From Camelus dromedarius (taxonomy: Eukaryota), in the NCBI RefSeq assembly GCF_036321535.1, contig NC_087436.1, positions 116,624,001-116,688,000 on the forward strand: a stretch of DNA of 64,000 nucleotides, read 5' to 3'. The translations under genes and the position numbers were made by a program. Every line of letters starts with the position of its first letter. The stretch's first letter is position 1. Under the pieces are notes generated by a model. The model was given only the letters and a program-made list of their open reading frames with translations, searched no databases and was not told the origin of the DNA. Shown here piece by piece: positions 25,011 through 37,074 of the stretch.

Positions 25011-25689
25011 ATATACCCTGTGGCTTTTGAATCACTTTCTGCAGAAGGTTGTCGTTGGGTTAACACTTACCTTTCATTTTTGCTCTAAGTGATTGTGCTA
25101 AAGCTATGTATTTTGAGAGCTAACACATGCAGTGTAATTCTCAAGAAAAATGACTTCACCGTAGCAGGGAGGAGGCTCACATTGCACTGGCCTAATGTCC
25201 ATCTCTGGTCCATCCCTCCTGCCAGATTCCCCTGCTCTAATTTACAAAAACAAAAGAAAAAGAGGGGGGAGGGTGGGATCTTAACATGACTGAAAACAAC
25301 ACAGCTCTTGAAGAGAGCACATGAGTAACAGTTACTTGGAGGTGGAATTAGCACCCTGTTGCCAAAATCTGCCTTCTGTTTAAAGGCAGGAAAACGCAGC
25401 CGTATGATTCACTGGTGGTGTGTGTGCATTGGGTGTTGCGTTCCAACTGCATGTTGAAGTTGTCTGTTTGCTGGGAAAGGCCAGATGCAAGAGAGAATGC
25501 AAGGCCCCCGTCTGGGACTGCAGTCGTGTAAAAGCCACGGCACCACTTCAGCTGACTGCAGCAAATCCAAAGCACAGTAGTTCTGTTACCCTAACTGCCT
25601 GAGAAGAGTGAGCCTCTTTCATCCTTTATGCTGATTTGGGACCTGCCAAATCACCTTCCCTTAGAACTCACTTCTGTACCCCCAAGAAG

Positions 25690-25895
25690 GCAGTGGAGGG
25701 CTATGGGCAAAGCATAGATCTTCAAGTCAGAACATGTGGGTCCAAACCATCCTCAACCACTTACAAACCTTGTGACCTTGAGAAGGTCACTTAGTCTCAG
25801 AATTTCATAATGTGTACAGAGAAAGAAAAATAATGCCTTACCTTGTCAGGTAGTTACGTGTATTAAAGGAGATGATGTATGCAAAGCCACCTGGA
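25690..25895 (+). mobile_element. MIR SINE
   Basis: AAGTCAGAACATGTGGGTCCAAA..CCACTTAC..TTGTGACCTTGAGAAGGTCACTTA..ATTAAAGGAGATGATGTATGCAAAGC. Confidence 0.8.
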
Positions 25896-25948
25896 ACCAA
25901 AAGAATGCAATTATTAACCTCCAAGGATTTTGCACTGGAATTTTTTTT

Positions 25949-26562
25949 GGACTACTGGATTGAACTATTTTTTTTTTAATTGGGGTATAGTCAGTTTACA
26001 GTGTTGTGTCAATTTCTGGTGTATAGCACAATGTTTCAGTCATACAGGAATATATATATATATATGTATATTCATTTTCATATTCTTTTTCACTGTAAGC
26101 TACTACAAGATATTGAATATATTTCCCTGTGCTATATACTATAAACTTTTTAATCTATTTTATATATATCAGTCAATATCTGCAAATCTCAAATTCCTAG
26201 TTTATCCCTTCTCACCGCCTTCCCCGCTGGCAACCACAAATCTGTATTCTGTGTCTGTGAGTCTGTTTCTGTTTTATATATGAGTTCATTTGTCTTTTTT
26301 TTTTTTTTTTTTTTTTTAGATTCCACATATGAGTGATATCATACAGTATTTTTCTTTCTTTCTGGCTTAATTGACTTAGAATGAAATTCTCCAGATCCAT
26401 CCATGTTGCTGCAAATGGCATCATTATTTTATTCTTTTTACGGCTGAGTAGTATTTCATTGTATAAATATACCACAACTTCTTTATCCAGTCATCTGTTG
26501 ACGGACATTTAGGTTGTTTCCATGCCTTGGCTATTGTAAATAGTATGCTATGAACATTGGTG
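25949..26562 (-). mobile_element. 5'-truncated lineage L1 with perfect 19-bp TSD
   Basis: Minus translation includes MPFAATWMDLENFILS (L1 ORF2 end); TSD TTGCACTGGAATTTTTTTT at 25930-25948 and 26563-26581; TT/AAAA target on minus strand. Confidence 0.95.
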
Positions 26563-26827
26563 TTGCACTGGAATTTTTTTTAATTAAAAAAAGAACCCAC
26601 CTACTTTTTCTATAAATAATCTTTCCTCTTTGCATATACATTATCACCATTACCCCAAGTATTTAGGGAACAGACACGAACTTTGGGATCATCTTCACTC
26701 TCTTCTTTCCTTTGATGTCTCTCAATTAATTAACCACCAAATTCCCCCATCCCTCCTTACAATATCTTTCATAGCCTGTTCCTCTATTCCTGCCCCAACT
26801 CAAGCATATCCCTTCTTCCATCTAGTG

Positions 26828-27025
26828 AAGTGCTTCTCAGCCACAGGCAATTTTACCCCAGGGCACAATTGGCCAGTATCTGGGGACATTTTTTTGTTGT
26901 CACTACAGAGGAGCTGCTATTGGAGCGTGAAGATGCCGCTAACTATCCTGCAAGGAAAACTGGAGACCCTACAACAAAGCGTTATCTGACCCAATGATCA
27001 AAAATGCCAAGGGTGAGATACTCTG
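26828..27025 (+). mobile_element. MER20 hAT-Charlie MITE
   Basis: AGTGCTTCTCA..GGCAATTTTACCCCAGGGCACAATTGGC..TCTGGGGACATTTTT..ACAACAAAG..TTATCTGACCCAA..TGCCAAGGGTGAGATACTCTG. Confidence 0.85.
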
Positions 27026-27649
27026 ATCTAATCTGTCTTTGCATCTACTCTTCTTCGCTGGACCTCTGCCAGACTAATCTTCCTAAAATTTTCTCTTATG
27101 CTCTATAACTCATGTTGACTCTATGTTCCCTAGAAGGTCAAAACCAAAATATGTTTACATTTTTATCCAAAGAAAATAAAACTTAATCTAATAGTACTTA
27201 ACTTTTGAGCAATAAGTATGTGCTAGAAATTGTTCTAAGTACTTAATATACACGAACTCATTTTATCTTCAAAACAATGTTATTAGGATTAAATTCAGGT
27301 GTTCATTGGTTCTGGTGTTATAAGAGTCACTCTTTAACTGAGCTTGAGATGTAATAGGCACTCAAATAAGGATTTGTTGAGCGACAATAGTTAATACCAA
27401 ATGGACCTGCTAATATTTGTTGGGTTTGTTATGTAACAGATACATCTAAGTGTCCCACATATATCACTTCACTTCATCAGCAAAATCAAACATCTCTCTC
27501 TGTAACAGGAAGGAAGTCCAAGTGTCCAACTTAGTCATGGTTGGTCAGGTTTTCATATGGCTTAAAACCCATGAAGAGACAGAGATTAAAATAAAATAGG
27601 CCATTTTAAAATTCTACAATAGGAGGATTGCTGTGGGGATAAGAACTTT

Positions 27650-27910
27650 AGATGCATATGCATATTTTGGTGTTTTTCTTCTGTACCTTGACTGAAAAGG
27701 AGTATCTGAGGAGTGGTAGTCTTGAATCTTTGAAGAATGTATCTCCTGTTCACTGGAGCACATGTATCTCAGCACGGTTTCCAATGTATTAACCACATCA
27801 CCCTCATTCTGTGGGCTCATCAACATTGTGGACCAGCGTGATGTTCAGCAGAATGTCCAGCATGACCTAGACTCTTCATGCTAAGACAGAAGATGAGATA
27901 ATTAGTATAT
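27650..27910 (-). mobile_element. ERVL-class (ERV3) pol / reverse-transcriptase fossil fragment
   Basis: Minus strand translates LDILLNITLVHNVDE then, after a frameshift, QNEGDVVNTLETVLRYMCSSEQEIHSSKIQ, matching remembered ERVL RT ..QDITLVHYIDD..EQEVANTLDLLVRHL..RGWEINPTKIQ. Confidence 0.8.
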
Positions 27911-27914
27911 ACAT

Positions 27915-28134
27915 ATAGTATGGTGGTGTATATATATCTCCTCTTTATCTATTCATCTGTTGACAGACACTTATGTTGTTTCCATATCATATCTTGGCTA
28001 TTGCAAATAATGCTGCTATGAACACTGAGGTGCATATATCTTTTCAAATGAGAGTTTTTATTTTCTTTGTATATATATCCAGGAGTGACACTGTTGGATC
28101 ATACGATAGTTCTGTTATTAGTTTTCTGAGAAAC
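27915..28134 (-). mobile_element. L1 ORF2-end fragment inserted in the ERVL relic
   Basis: CTTTATCTATTCATCTGTTGACAGACACTTA..TCTTGGCTATTGCAAATAATGCTGCTATGAACA..CCAGGAGTG..GGATCATA..TTAGTTTTCTGAGAAAC. Confidence 0.85.
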
Positions 28135-28370
28135 TCTGGGCACTTTGATGACATTTAAATTGACTAAATAATCTATTTGTTAACAATGAACTTGAACCTT
28201 TTTCAGATTCAGTCTCCAGTTAATTAAAAAGCATACCGTTCCTCCCCAAGTGATGAACAATAGTCATCACTATAAGCCTTTGTGGTTTTCAGGGATAATC
28301 CAGGTGGTAAAATAAAACAGTAAATTGGGTATCCAAAAAATTCTGACTTCTTATTTCCCTCATTGAATAT

Positions 28371-28538
28371 CCTTGCTACTCACAGAGTGGTCCGTGGACC
28401 AGCAGTAGTTGCATCTCCTGGAACCCTGTTAGAAACGCAGAATCTCAAGACCTGCCTCAGACCTACTGAATCAGAATCTGCACTGTAGCAAGATCCCTTC
28501 AGGCGGTTCTTACTTTTATTACAGTTTGAGAAGTGCTG
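28371..28538 (+). mobile_element. MER5A/B hAT-Charlie MITE, followed by MIR sequence (28539-28655)
   Basis: GTGGTCCGTGGACCAGCAG..GTTAGAAACGCAGAATCTC..CAGACCTACTGAATCAGAATCTGCA..CAAGATCCC..AGTTTGAGAAGTGCTG. Confidence 0.9.
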
Positions 28539-29399
28539 CCACATATGACCTTGGGCAATTAGTTAACCCCTCTGAGCCTGATGTGCTTCATCTGTAAAAG
28601 AAGGCAATTATAGCTAGAAGACTCCTTAGATCTCTTCAAGTTCTAAAATGCCATGACAAATCTGATTGGAGTTTGATCTTTAAAAGTTAACGCTGTGCCT
28701 CCCATAGAAAGTGCATTGAACTTTTGGCCCATCTTATGAATGAACATTCTGCTTCCTGCAAACTTGACTTCCATCTGTAATGGGCAATTAAAGTCATGGT
28801 TGAAAGGAGATTTCTGATAGCCTAAATGTAAAAGGCATCCTTATTAATGTGTCAGCTCTGCACCTTAAGGCTAAAGTAACTTGCAGGCATCTCAGGGTAA
28901 TGTGTAAATGTGCTAGACCAACACTTATCAGAGTTTGAGAAGTGATTCGGGTGAGGCCAGCAAGGACTATTATCAATTTTACCATTTAGTGACTTGACCC
29001 TCAACAAAGGACTGATGGCTCCTGGTTAGCCAGAATAATTTAAGGCAATATTTCATTTAGATCTGGCCATCAGCATGATAGTGGTGATGAAACGAGAAGA
29101 AAATATCTGGGGTGAGTAAAAGATGGAAGCTTTAAGATTGAACACCAAGTCATCACCCACCATTTCTCTATGGATCATTTGAAGCCCCAGGCCCTCTTCT
29201 AAACTGAAACTTCCCAAATGATTAAAAACCCCAAAGTAATTTAATGGTGGTCTGCACATAGAGTTTCACATAAAAAATTCAAGTCAAAGTTTATCATCAA
29301 AAGATGTGTTCACTTTTTGTAACGATCACAAGAATGAAGTTGCAAGGCTAGTGAAAACTACACAGAAATTATTGTTTCAAAAATAATGACAAGATTAAT

Positions 29400-29620
29400 A
29401 CCAACATGCTAATAGAAATAATTGCAACTAAGCCTTATTATTTCTTAGCCAGTAACTTTTTGTGTACTTCATTCATCCTTAAAACAAAATAATGAAGCAA
29501 GGCTATTATTATGCCCATTAAACAGATGAGAAAACTGAAGCTTAGATCAGGAGATGTTCCAAATGTGTTGTAGCGGAAATAGGAACCCAGATAATCTGAC
29601 CTCAGAACCTCTGTTTCTAT
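29400..29620 (-). mobile_element. MIR SINE
   Basis: TATTATTATGCCCATTAAACAGATGAGAAAACTGAAGCTTAGA..GAACCCAGATAATCTGACCTCAGAACC. Confidence 0.8.
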
Positions 29621-29729
29621 ACATTGAAAAAGTAATTGCAAACCATCACAGTGGCATGAAAGATTCCAGTCTAGAAGAGATTCATATGTAGTGTTCCATT
29701 TATTTTGATATTATTTTGGTAAAGAGGGA

Positions 29730-30035
29730 GTCAGGATGGGGGAAATGCTGTAAGCAGGAGGAACAGCATATCAGAAGGTAAAACCAAAGGACAACATGGT
29801 GCATTGGAGCAGGGAGACAATTAATGCAGATACAGAGGACAGTGACAATGAGATGAGTGATGAGGATGGGGAGGTGGGCAGAGGCCAGAGCCCAGTTTGT
29901 GACTTTATCCTCAGGATGATGAAAATCTGTTGAAGAATTTTTAAGCAAGGCAACAGAAAGACCACTCTGGCTAAAATATGGAGACCTGATAGGGAGGAGT
30001 CGCAGTTGGAAGGCCAGTTAAGAGATCTTAGACTT
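29730..30035 (-). mobile_element. L2 LINE fragment
   Basis: GAGATGAG..GGAGGTGGGCAGAGGCCAGA..GACTTTATCCT..TTGAAGAATTTTTAAGCAAGG..AGAAAGACCACTCTGGCT..AGGCCAGTTAAGAG. Confidence 0.75.
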
Positions 30036-30083
30036 CTAGCCCAGGGTTTTTACAATAAACACACTTGGCTTCCTTTTGCTGAC

Positions 30084-30567
30084 TGTGTTACTCAGGGATT
30101 TGGTTTAGCAGCACACAAGAGAAAATTCATATAGTGGTGACTTTAAAGAGCTGCCGGTTTATTTATTTATTTTTTTCTTTCATAGCAAGAAATTCAAGAG
30201 TAACTGTTTTTGACTTTGGTTTAAAGTCCTTGTGGGTATCTTGCTGTTGTCCTCATGGTCACAAGGCACTCCAACCCCAACCATTATTGCTTTATTCCAG
30301 ACAAGCAAACACGAAAAGGAAAGGTGGGAAAACAGATGTTTGGCCGGCCAAGTCCACTTTTTAAGGATCTTTCATAAGAGTCCATCCAATGATCTCTGCT
30401 TACATGAAAGTTGTCCCAGATTATCTCATGTGGATCATCCACAGTCACTGGGGAAAATGGAAGATGCAGTTTTTAGCTGGGAACATTGCCACGGAACAAA
30501 CACCCTTTCATTAATAAGGAAGGAAGGGGAAATGGATATTGGGAAAGCAATTAGCAGCCTCCGCCAA
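30084..30567 (-). mobile_element. Old MaLR LTR, MLT1K/L-like
   Basis: CCTCATGGTCACAAG, CTCTGCTTACAT, TTTTAGCTGGGAACATTGCC, AAGGAAGGGGAAATGGATATTGGG..GCAATTAGCAGCCTCCGCCA. Confidence 0.75.
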
Positions 30568-33439
30568 ATCTTCGTCTACAATAAAACAGTCAGATTAGAT
30601 GAAGCAAAAAACCACAAACTATAGCAAGAGAAAAGCTCATAACAATGATAATAATTCTAATACTGCTTCTGTTAGCAGAGCATTTGTACTTTTCAAAGTA
30701 CGTTTTGCGAATTCAATTCCCCCGTTTAATATACTTAATAAAACAGTGATGCATAAAGATATGGATGTTTCACTAAGCAGAAATAACCCAAGAAGAGCTG
30801 AAAGCATGACAAGTTGGAGTGGCAGAGCAGCAGCTTGTCACTGAGCTTCAGACTGCTTCTTTGCCACAGATTCTTTTCTCTGGGCTTCCATTTAGCATTT
30901 GTGACTGGTTATGTCTTCCTGAAGCAGGTGTCCTGCAGGTGGTCACTTAAAGAAGGAACCAAAGGACTAGAGTACAGTGGAAAAGGAGAGACCCGGCTTC
31001 AACTCTGGCCTGTGCATTCCACAACTCTGGAAAAATGTGCAAGTTTCTTGTCCTTTGAGCTTCAGTTTCCTCTTTTACAAAATCTGGTGACGTGAACCTG
31101 CCTTCCAGGTTTCACAAAGTTTCAGGACAATTCCCGGGCCAAGATTGTTTCGTTTTAGAGTTTGTGCATGCTTCCCTTCTTAGGCTATTGCTGTTGATTA
31201 GACCCAAGGAAGGATGTTAGGGCAACAAATTAATAGACAGTGAGTGGTAAATTTTGATTTGGCATGGAAGGAAAAAGGTGCTTCTATGACCTAACACTAA
31301 AAGGTAGCTGACTTTTGGCATAGAGTGAGGACGTCTGCCCTATATTCCATACACCAGAGGCAGCTGGGAGCACCGCAGGGTGTTAGACCATGAGGTACCC
31401 CGACCCCAGCAGCCTCTTTCGACAGAGAAGCACTGGACTGAGTGCGGGGAGAGACAGAAGGGGGGTGACATCTCTAAAGAGAAGGCCTCTGATTTTTATT
31501 CTCCCTTAAAATGGGATGTTTGAAGCATGACCAAAGTCTACTTACCTAAATAGTCTCTTTCCCCTGCAAGGAGCTTTGGGAAATGTGGTTGCCACAGGGA
31601 CTCACAGCTCCAGAGGAGAAGATCCCCAGGGCTCAGGGACTCGCCTGCGGAACAGGACGGCTCCTGGATGTGCCTTCTGCTTCCTGCTGTGAGTCCAAAG
31701 CACTTTCTCTGAACCGCTGTGGTCTTGCCGCCCCCTCTCACACACCTGCAGCTTCTGAAACAACATTAACTGGATCCACCCCCTGCTGAGCTTGGTGAAG
31801 TTGCTTGCTCGGAATTGCCAGGAGGGGACAGAGGAGATGGTTCATGTATATCTCAGAATGGCTGATGCCTGGCCTGGGCAGACAACCCAAACCAATCACT
31901 CACCCAAAGAGAACTTCACAATGTCTCTAAGCTTGGCTCTGAAGACCAAGGCTGATAGAGCAGGGGTCCCTTCTGGAGGATTCCACATTCAGATGGGGGA
32001 GGGTTACAGGTAGGAGGAAAGGGAAGGGCCCCCAACTGCCTGAGAATCCTGGGGAGGGTCTCTGCAGAGGTGTTTTGCTTGTTTGAGCGAGTGAGTGAGT
32101 GAGTGAAAAACAGCAGAATAAGGTATCAGATCAGGGAGGGAGAATGCCCAAAGGCATAGAAGAGAGACAGATGTAGCTTGGCACAGTCCAGTGGCTGGAA
32201 ACGTTTTTGGAATGATATGCTGGGTACCATCATGAATACAGAGCTAAAGGATGTAGCAGTTTATTCTACAGTTAATAAGGAGTCAGTGAAGGATATCAAC
32301 CACAGGTGGGGTGTATTAAGATATTTATTTAAGCTAATAGTTGAGCAGGGTGTAGAAGGACCTAGAGCAGAGCTCCATGGGAGTGAGGAAGATGGACTTA
32401 AGGAAGTAATGTGAGAGTCCAGGGGACCTGGGAGGGACCAGAGAAGATCCTCTCCTGGGCGGCATGACGAGCATCAGGTGAGGGAAGGAGCCCCATTTTA
32501 CGGCATGCAGACGCAGGTGTCACGTTGAGTAACGTTCGTGACAATTCTATTTCCGCTTTACAGATGGGAGGACTGAAGAGAAGACACATCTCACCCTAGG
32601 GGCAGAATCAGGACTTCTGGGTCACGGTAACAATTTGTCAACCAAGGGCAACATGTGGGCTCAAAGTTTGCAAATGAGGCAGGCCTTAGGGTGGAAATCA
32701 TAGGTTGTCTCTGGAATTCCTGCCAGGTTGATGAGTATGTCCAACGCTTTTTAAAAGAGACCTTTTGCACAGATGAAGAGGAATTTCAAGGTTACATCTG
32801 GGGCCATGCATTTAATCTATCTTCGTTTAGGGGAGACTAGGAAGATAGATTTTGAAATGAAGTCCCCGGAAGTCAAGTATCTTTTCTCAGTCTCCCTCCT
32901 AAGTCACTCTAGGAATCGCTTCTTGCTTCATCAACTCGTCTGAAGCAGATGTGTTTAGAAAGTATTAGTGATATTTGCTGGAAAATATAATCATTTCTTA
33001 ATATTTGTATTCACATCTTTGAGCTGTTAGCTTATTTCTGGATATTAATTTAGATACACTCTTAATTTTAATTAGAAGTAGGATTTAATAGCATTGAGGT
33101 TTTTATTTTATTTTATTTTATTTCACTCTTTTTTCTTCTTCTTGTAGGAAAGAATGTTAGCGTCAGCAATCCAGGATTTAAAGTATCTGTATTTATTCTA
33201 GGACTTAACAATGAATGGGGATTAATATTTGGGTAGGGAGTATGGGAGTGCATTCACTGTGCCTTTTGAAATTAATTAAAAATGTTTCAAGATTTTTTTA
33301 ATGGGTTATTTAGTTAAATCACTCTGAAGTAATGAACTAGCATAAGCCAAGCTTTAATGTAAGTCTTAGGCACTTGAGTGTTTTACAGTGTCTGGTTCTG
33401 CCCACTTCAATCAATATTTGTTAACTCATTTCTCCCTGT

Positions 33440-33870
33440 CTCATCTCTCGTTTAGCAGCCAGCATCGTTCTTCTTTTTCTCCCATTGTACATTAGACTGA
33501 AGCACTGCTCAGTTCCTTGTACCTTCTCTCACACACCTCACCAGTTCATGTCCAAGTACCTCTTATTCCCTCTGCTTGAATGCCCTTTCCGTGTCCTTGG
33601 GCACCTGGAAAATTCCCACCCATTATTCAAAACTTGCTCATCTTCTTCTTAAGCAAAACCTTCAATGAATCTTCTAGACAGAATTTATACATTCTTCCTG
33701 TTGTCATTTCTATCCCTCAAACAACTGCATTTGTATTTATTAATGAGCTGCTCCATTTGTGCAGAAATGCCTGTCTCTCTTTCTAGACTATGAGCCATTT
33801 CAGGTGTGATTTGCTTCTGTATGTACCCCCGAGCTTAGCATAGCCTTCAAAAAGAGTGCTGACTCAAAAG
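33440..33870 (+). mobile_element. L2 LINE 3' fragment
   Basis: TTCCCTCTGCTTGAATGCCCTTTCC..TGTCTCTCTTTCTAGACTATGAGC..TGTACCCCCGAGCTTAGCATAG. Confidence 0.7.
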
Positions 33871-35904
33871 CTGAACCCAGCTCCCTACCCCACTTCTTCC
33901 GGGGGAGTGACGTAACTACACAATGAAAGTTGCCTTTTTTTTTTTAACCTGCCAAGTAGATTATACTTTCAATTTGTCAACCGTATGGGCTGAATTCAAT
34001 CACATGTTGGCAGTTTACTCAATGCAGTTCCTGAACGCCAACTGAAAGAAATGGCAGACAACGCTACTGATTTTATAGTTCAGAATTTACAATTTTCTAT
34101 TTTAAGGAACTCCATTGACACCAAGAATTGAAATGTAGTAACAATGATATGGTCTGACTAACCTGTGTGAGCAATATAGCTGAATTTTTGCTGCACTGGA
34201 AGCTTTCCTACTTTTTGCCGTGAAGGAATAGGAAGAAAAGACTTTGATAAGTGGCAAAGCCCGACTATTTCTTTTCTTGTTTGGTTTCTCGTGGTACCCG
34301 GGGACCAACCTGTGATGCACAGCAAGGAAGAAGTATATTTTAGAGACATGCAATGAGGTTGAGAAACCATGGTCTACATGGACTATTTTTTTTTAAAGTT
34401 TGAGAATTTACAAATGTATACCTAAAGCTTACTCCAACTGCAAAATTCCCCAGGGAACTCACATAACCATTTTTTTTTTTTTTGACATCTAGGATTTCAT
34501 AAACTATACTGTCAAAAATAATTCTCTAGACTCAGAAACATCTGTCTTACTTTCCTTATTTCCCACATCATTTTCTGTTACAGCATCTTGGGTGAAACGT
34601 TTGTTTAACATACACCTCCTGCAGCGTTCACATTCCAGTGCTGTCACATGTGAGCTGGGTGATCCTTGGCCAGTAGTTCACCTCTCCCAGCTTTAGTTTC
34701 CTCATATAAGAGTAATCTCATCATGCAGTAGCTGAATTAGGCACCTTGCACAGTGTCTGCCAGGAAGAGTGTGATTAAGAGTGGTGAGGTCCTGCCTCCT
34801 TCCCACCATCCCCTCTTCCTTCCCCCTTGAAAGGAAGTAAAAGTAAACTTCTGTGCTTAAGCTTTCCATTCTGAAGAATGCCAAGTTCTGATTTAGCTTT
34901 TAATCCCTCGTGAATTAAGAAACCAGATAGCCAAGTTTATTTAAATTATATAACAGAAAAGAATAAATGGAATTAATGAAAACAAAGACAGAAAATTTCC
35001 AGGAATTTACTTAAAATTTTATACCCAGAACAAAACCAGGGATCAGTAGAGTAGTGCTGAAGCCACATTTAACAGGTGTCATCATATACAAAACAAATAT
35101 TCACTCAACAAACCTTATTGCTTTGCCTACTGAGTTCTGATCAATGTATTGGATTCTGTGGAATCCCAGATAAATTAAGACAGATGTACCCTCTCCACAA
35201 TCTAAGAGCTAACAATTTAGTACAGGAACAAAGACACCTAGACTTGTAATCATCCGTCTTCCCACTTCGGTAGTAAAGCAGGCGTCCAGGTATGGCAGGG
35301 AGGAAAACAGAAGTCCGAGCTTCTGTGTTTCTCCGCCCTTTTAGGGAAAAGTGGGTGAGAGTAATTAGAGAATGCTTTGCTGAAAAGCAAGAGACAGAAT
35401 GGATAATGACCTGAAAGCTACAGAGAGTACTCAACAGGTCCTAGGCTGGGGAGGACCTGGACAGCATGACCAGATTTGTGTTTTGGAAATGTGATATTCA
35501 GAAAGCCGACCTTTGAGTTTTTATAAAATCTTCGATGTATAGCTAGTTGTATTGCAATTTTCCATAACTTCATTATACAGTATGTTCTCAGTATCTACAA
35601 ATATCACGAGTGTAGTGAAAGGTCTCATTTTTCCAAGCCACTGCAGCCCAGCATCAACAAGTACGACTGAGGATGAGGACCTTTTCTGGAGATGAGGACG
35701 GAGGTGTCAGAGGGTGGTAGGGGACAAACGTCTGTGGGTGACTGAATAGACAGGAAGATGTTATTGCTTCTAGCTTTGAAGTGGAAAAGATTTCAAATCT
35801 ATTTTCCCCAGTTTTCTATGGCTTGTTTCCAGGAAATAATCTCTTTGTTATGATCATTGTTTTGCATGCCTTCATTCATCTGTTCGTTCATTAGATGGAA
35901 GGAA

Positions 35905-36075
35905 AAGATCATTTACTGAGTGCCTATTAAGTTCCAGGCACAGGGTTGAGGCATTTTCACATGTGTCATTTCATTAAATTTTCCCCAGATCCCTCTGAGA
36001 TAGATGTTGTCTTTTCCACGTTATCGTTAATGAGACCGTGACTCAGAGCTGGCATCCTTTGTCAAAGGTCGCAGG
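35905..36075 (-). mobile_element. MIR SINE
   Basis: CATTTACTGAGTGCCTA..CCAGGCAC..TTTCACATGTGTCATTTCATTAAAT..CCCTCTGAGATAGATGTTG..CAAAGGTCGCAG. Confidence 0.75.
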
Positions 36076-36872
36076 AATGATCACCCTTGATTCTCAGTCA
36101 CCATTCCTTCTAGTGCTGCCATGTTTATTCAAATGGTTTATTCAAATGGTACCTTGCAGGGCTGTGTAGTGTGACAGCCTGATTACACCTGTATGTGACA
36201 CCAAAGCCCAGTGAGTTCCATCCAGGATCCTGCTATACCCAAGGGCATCTTCCTACCAGTTTTCAATTGTATTCATTTGCAGCCCTGAAGCATTGCAGAA
36301 AGGACTCCGTATACTAGAAAGTCAATAAATTCACAGTAGTAACTCACTTGCTGTAGATATTTGTTTTGTTCTCATAAAAATTAATCTGCGTAGAAAAGCA
36401 AAGAATAAAAGTTGTTTTGAGGATTGTTATTTGGGTTTTCAGTCTATAATTCCATCTCATTTACCCAGAATCCTGAGCTGCCCAAAATTCTCTAAGAAAA
36501 ACAGGGAAAAGCAAATAAAAACGTTAGAGCCTCCCGAATACCTTCTGAAGCACAGGCAAATGATCCTCGAGACCGGCTTAGTTCTTCCCTTTGCCCCTTC
36601 AGTCATTTTCTGCTAACTTAGAACCTATTTACTCTTCAATTAGGAAGGATTCTAACACGCCTGATTATGGACTGACCAGCCCACAGCACAGATGAAGCAC
36701 CAAATTAGGTGATCTGAGAGATGCTGATGCAGGAAACAGGAATTAACGGTGGAGATGGAAGCAGGATGAGAAGAAGGAAGAAAGAAACCAAAAAGCCTAC
36801 CGTTGGCTCTCTTTCAGGTGAGGGCAGACATCCATCCAGACGTCAAATGGCCCTGGGGGATTCACTCTAGGG

Positions 36873-37074
36873 GAGGAGTCAGCAAACCAGGCCCACAGGC
36901 CACATCCAACCAGCAAGCCTGTTTGTGTGAATGAAGTTATATTGGATCACAAATTAATTTATCACAGCTGTGTCCTCACTGTGATGGTAAAGCTGAGTGG
37001 TTGCAAAAGAGACCTTACAGCCCAGAAAGCCAAAACTATTCATTTTATGGCTCATTCCAGAAAAGGCAGGCCTG
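36873..37074 (+). mobile_element. MER58A hAT-Charlie MITE
   Basis: AGGAGTCAGCAAAC..GGCCCACAGGCCACATCC..GCCTGTTTGTGTGAATGAAGTT..TTGGATCACA..GCAAAAGAGACC..AAAGCCAAAACTATT; 8-bp TSD-like CTCTAGGG / CTCTAGAA. Confidence 0.85.

Noticed and set aside
31541..31570. 18-nt minus-strand micro-exon (CTTGCAG..TTTAG|GTAAGT)
   Set aside because: Weak pyrimidine tract and no other support; expected by chance
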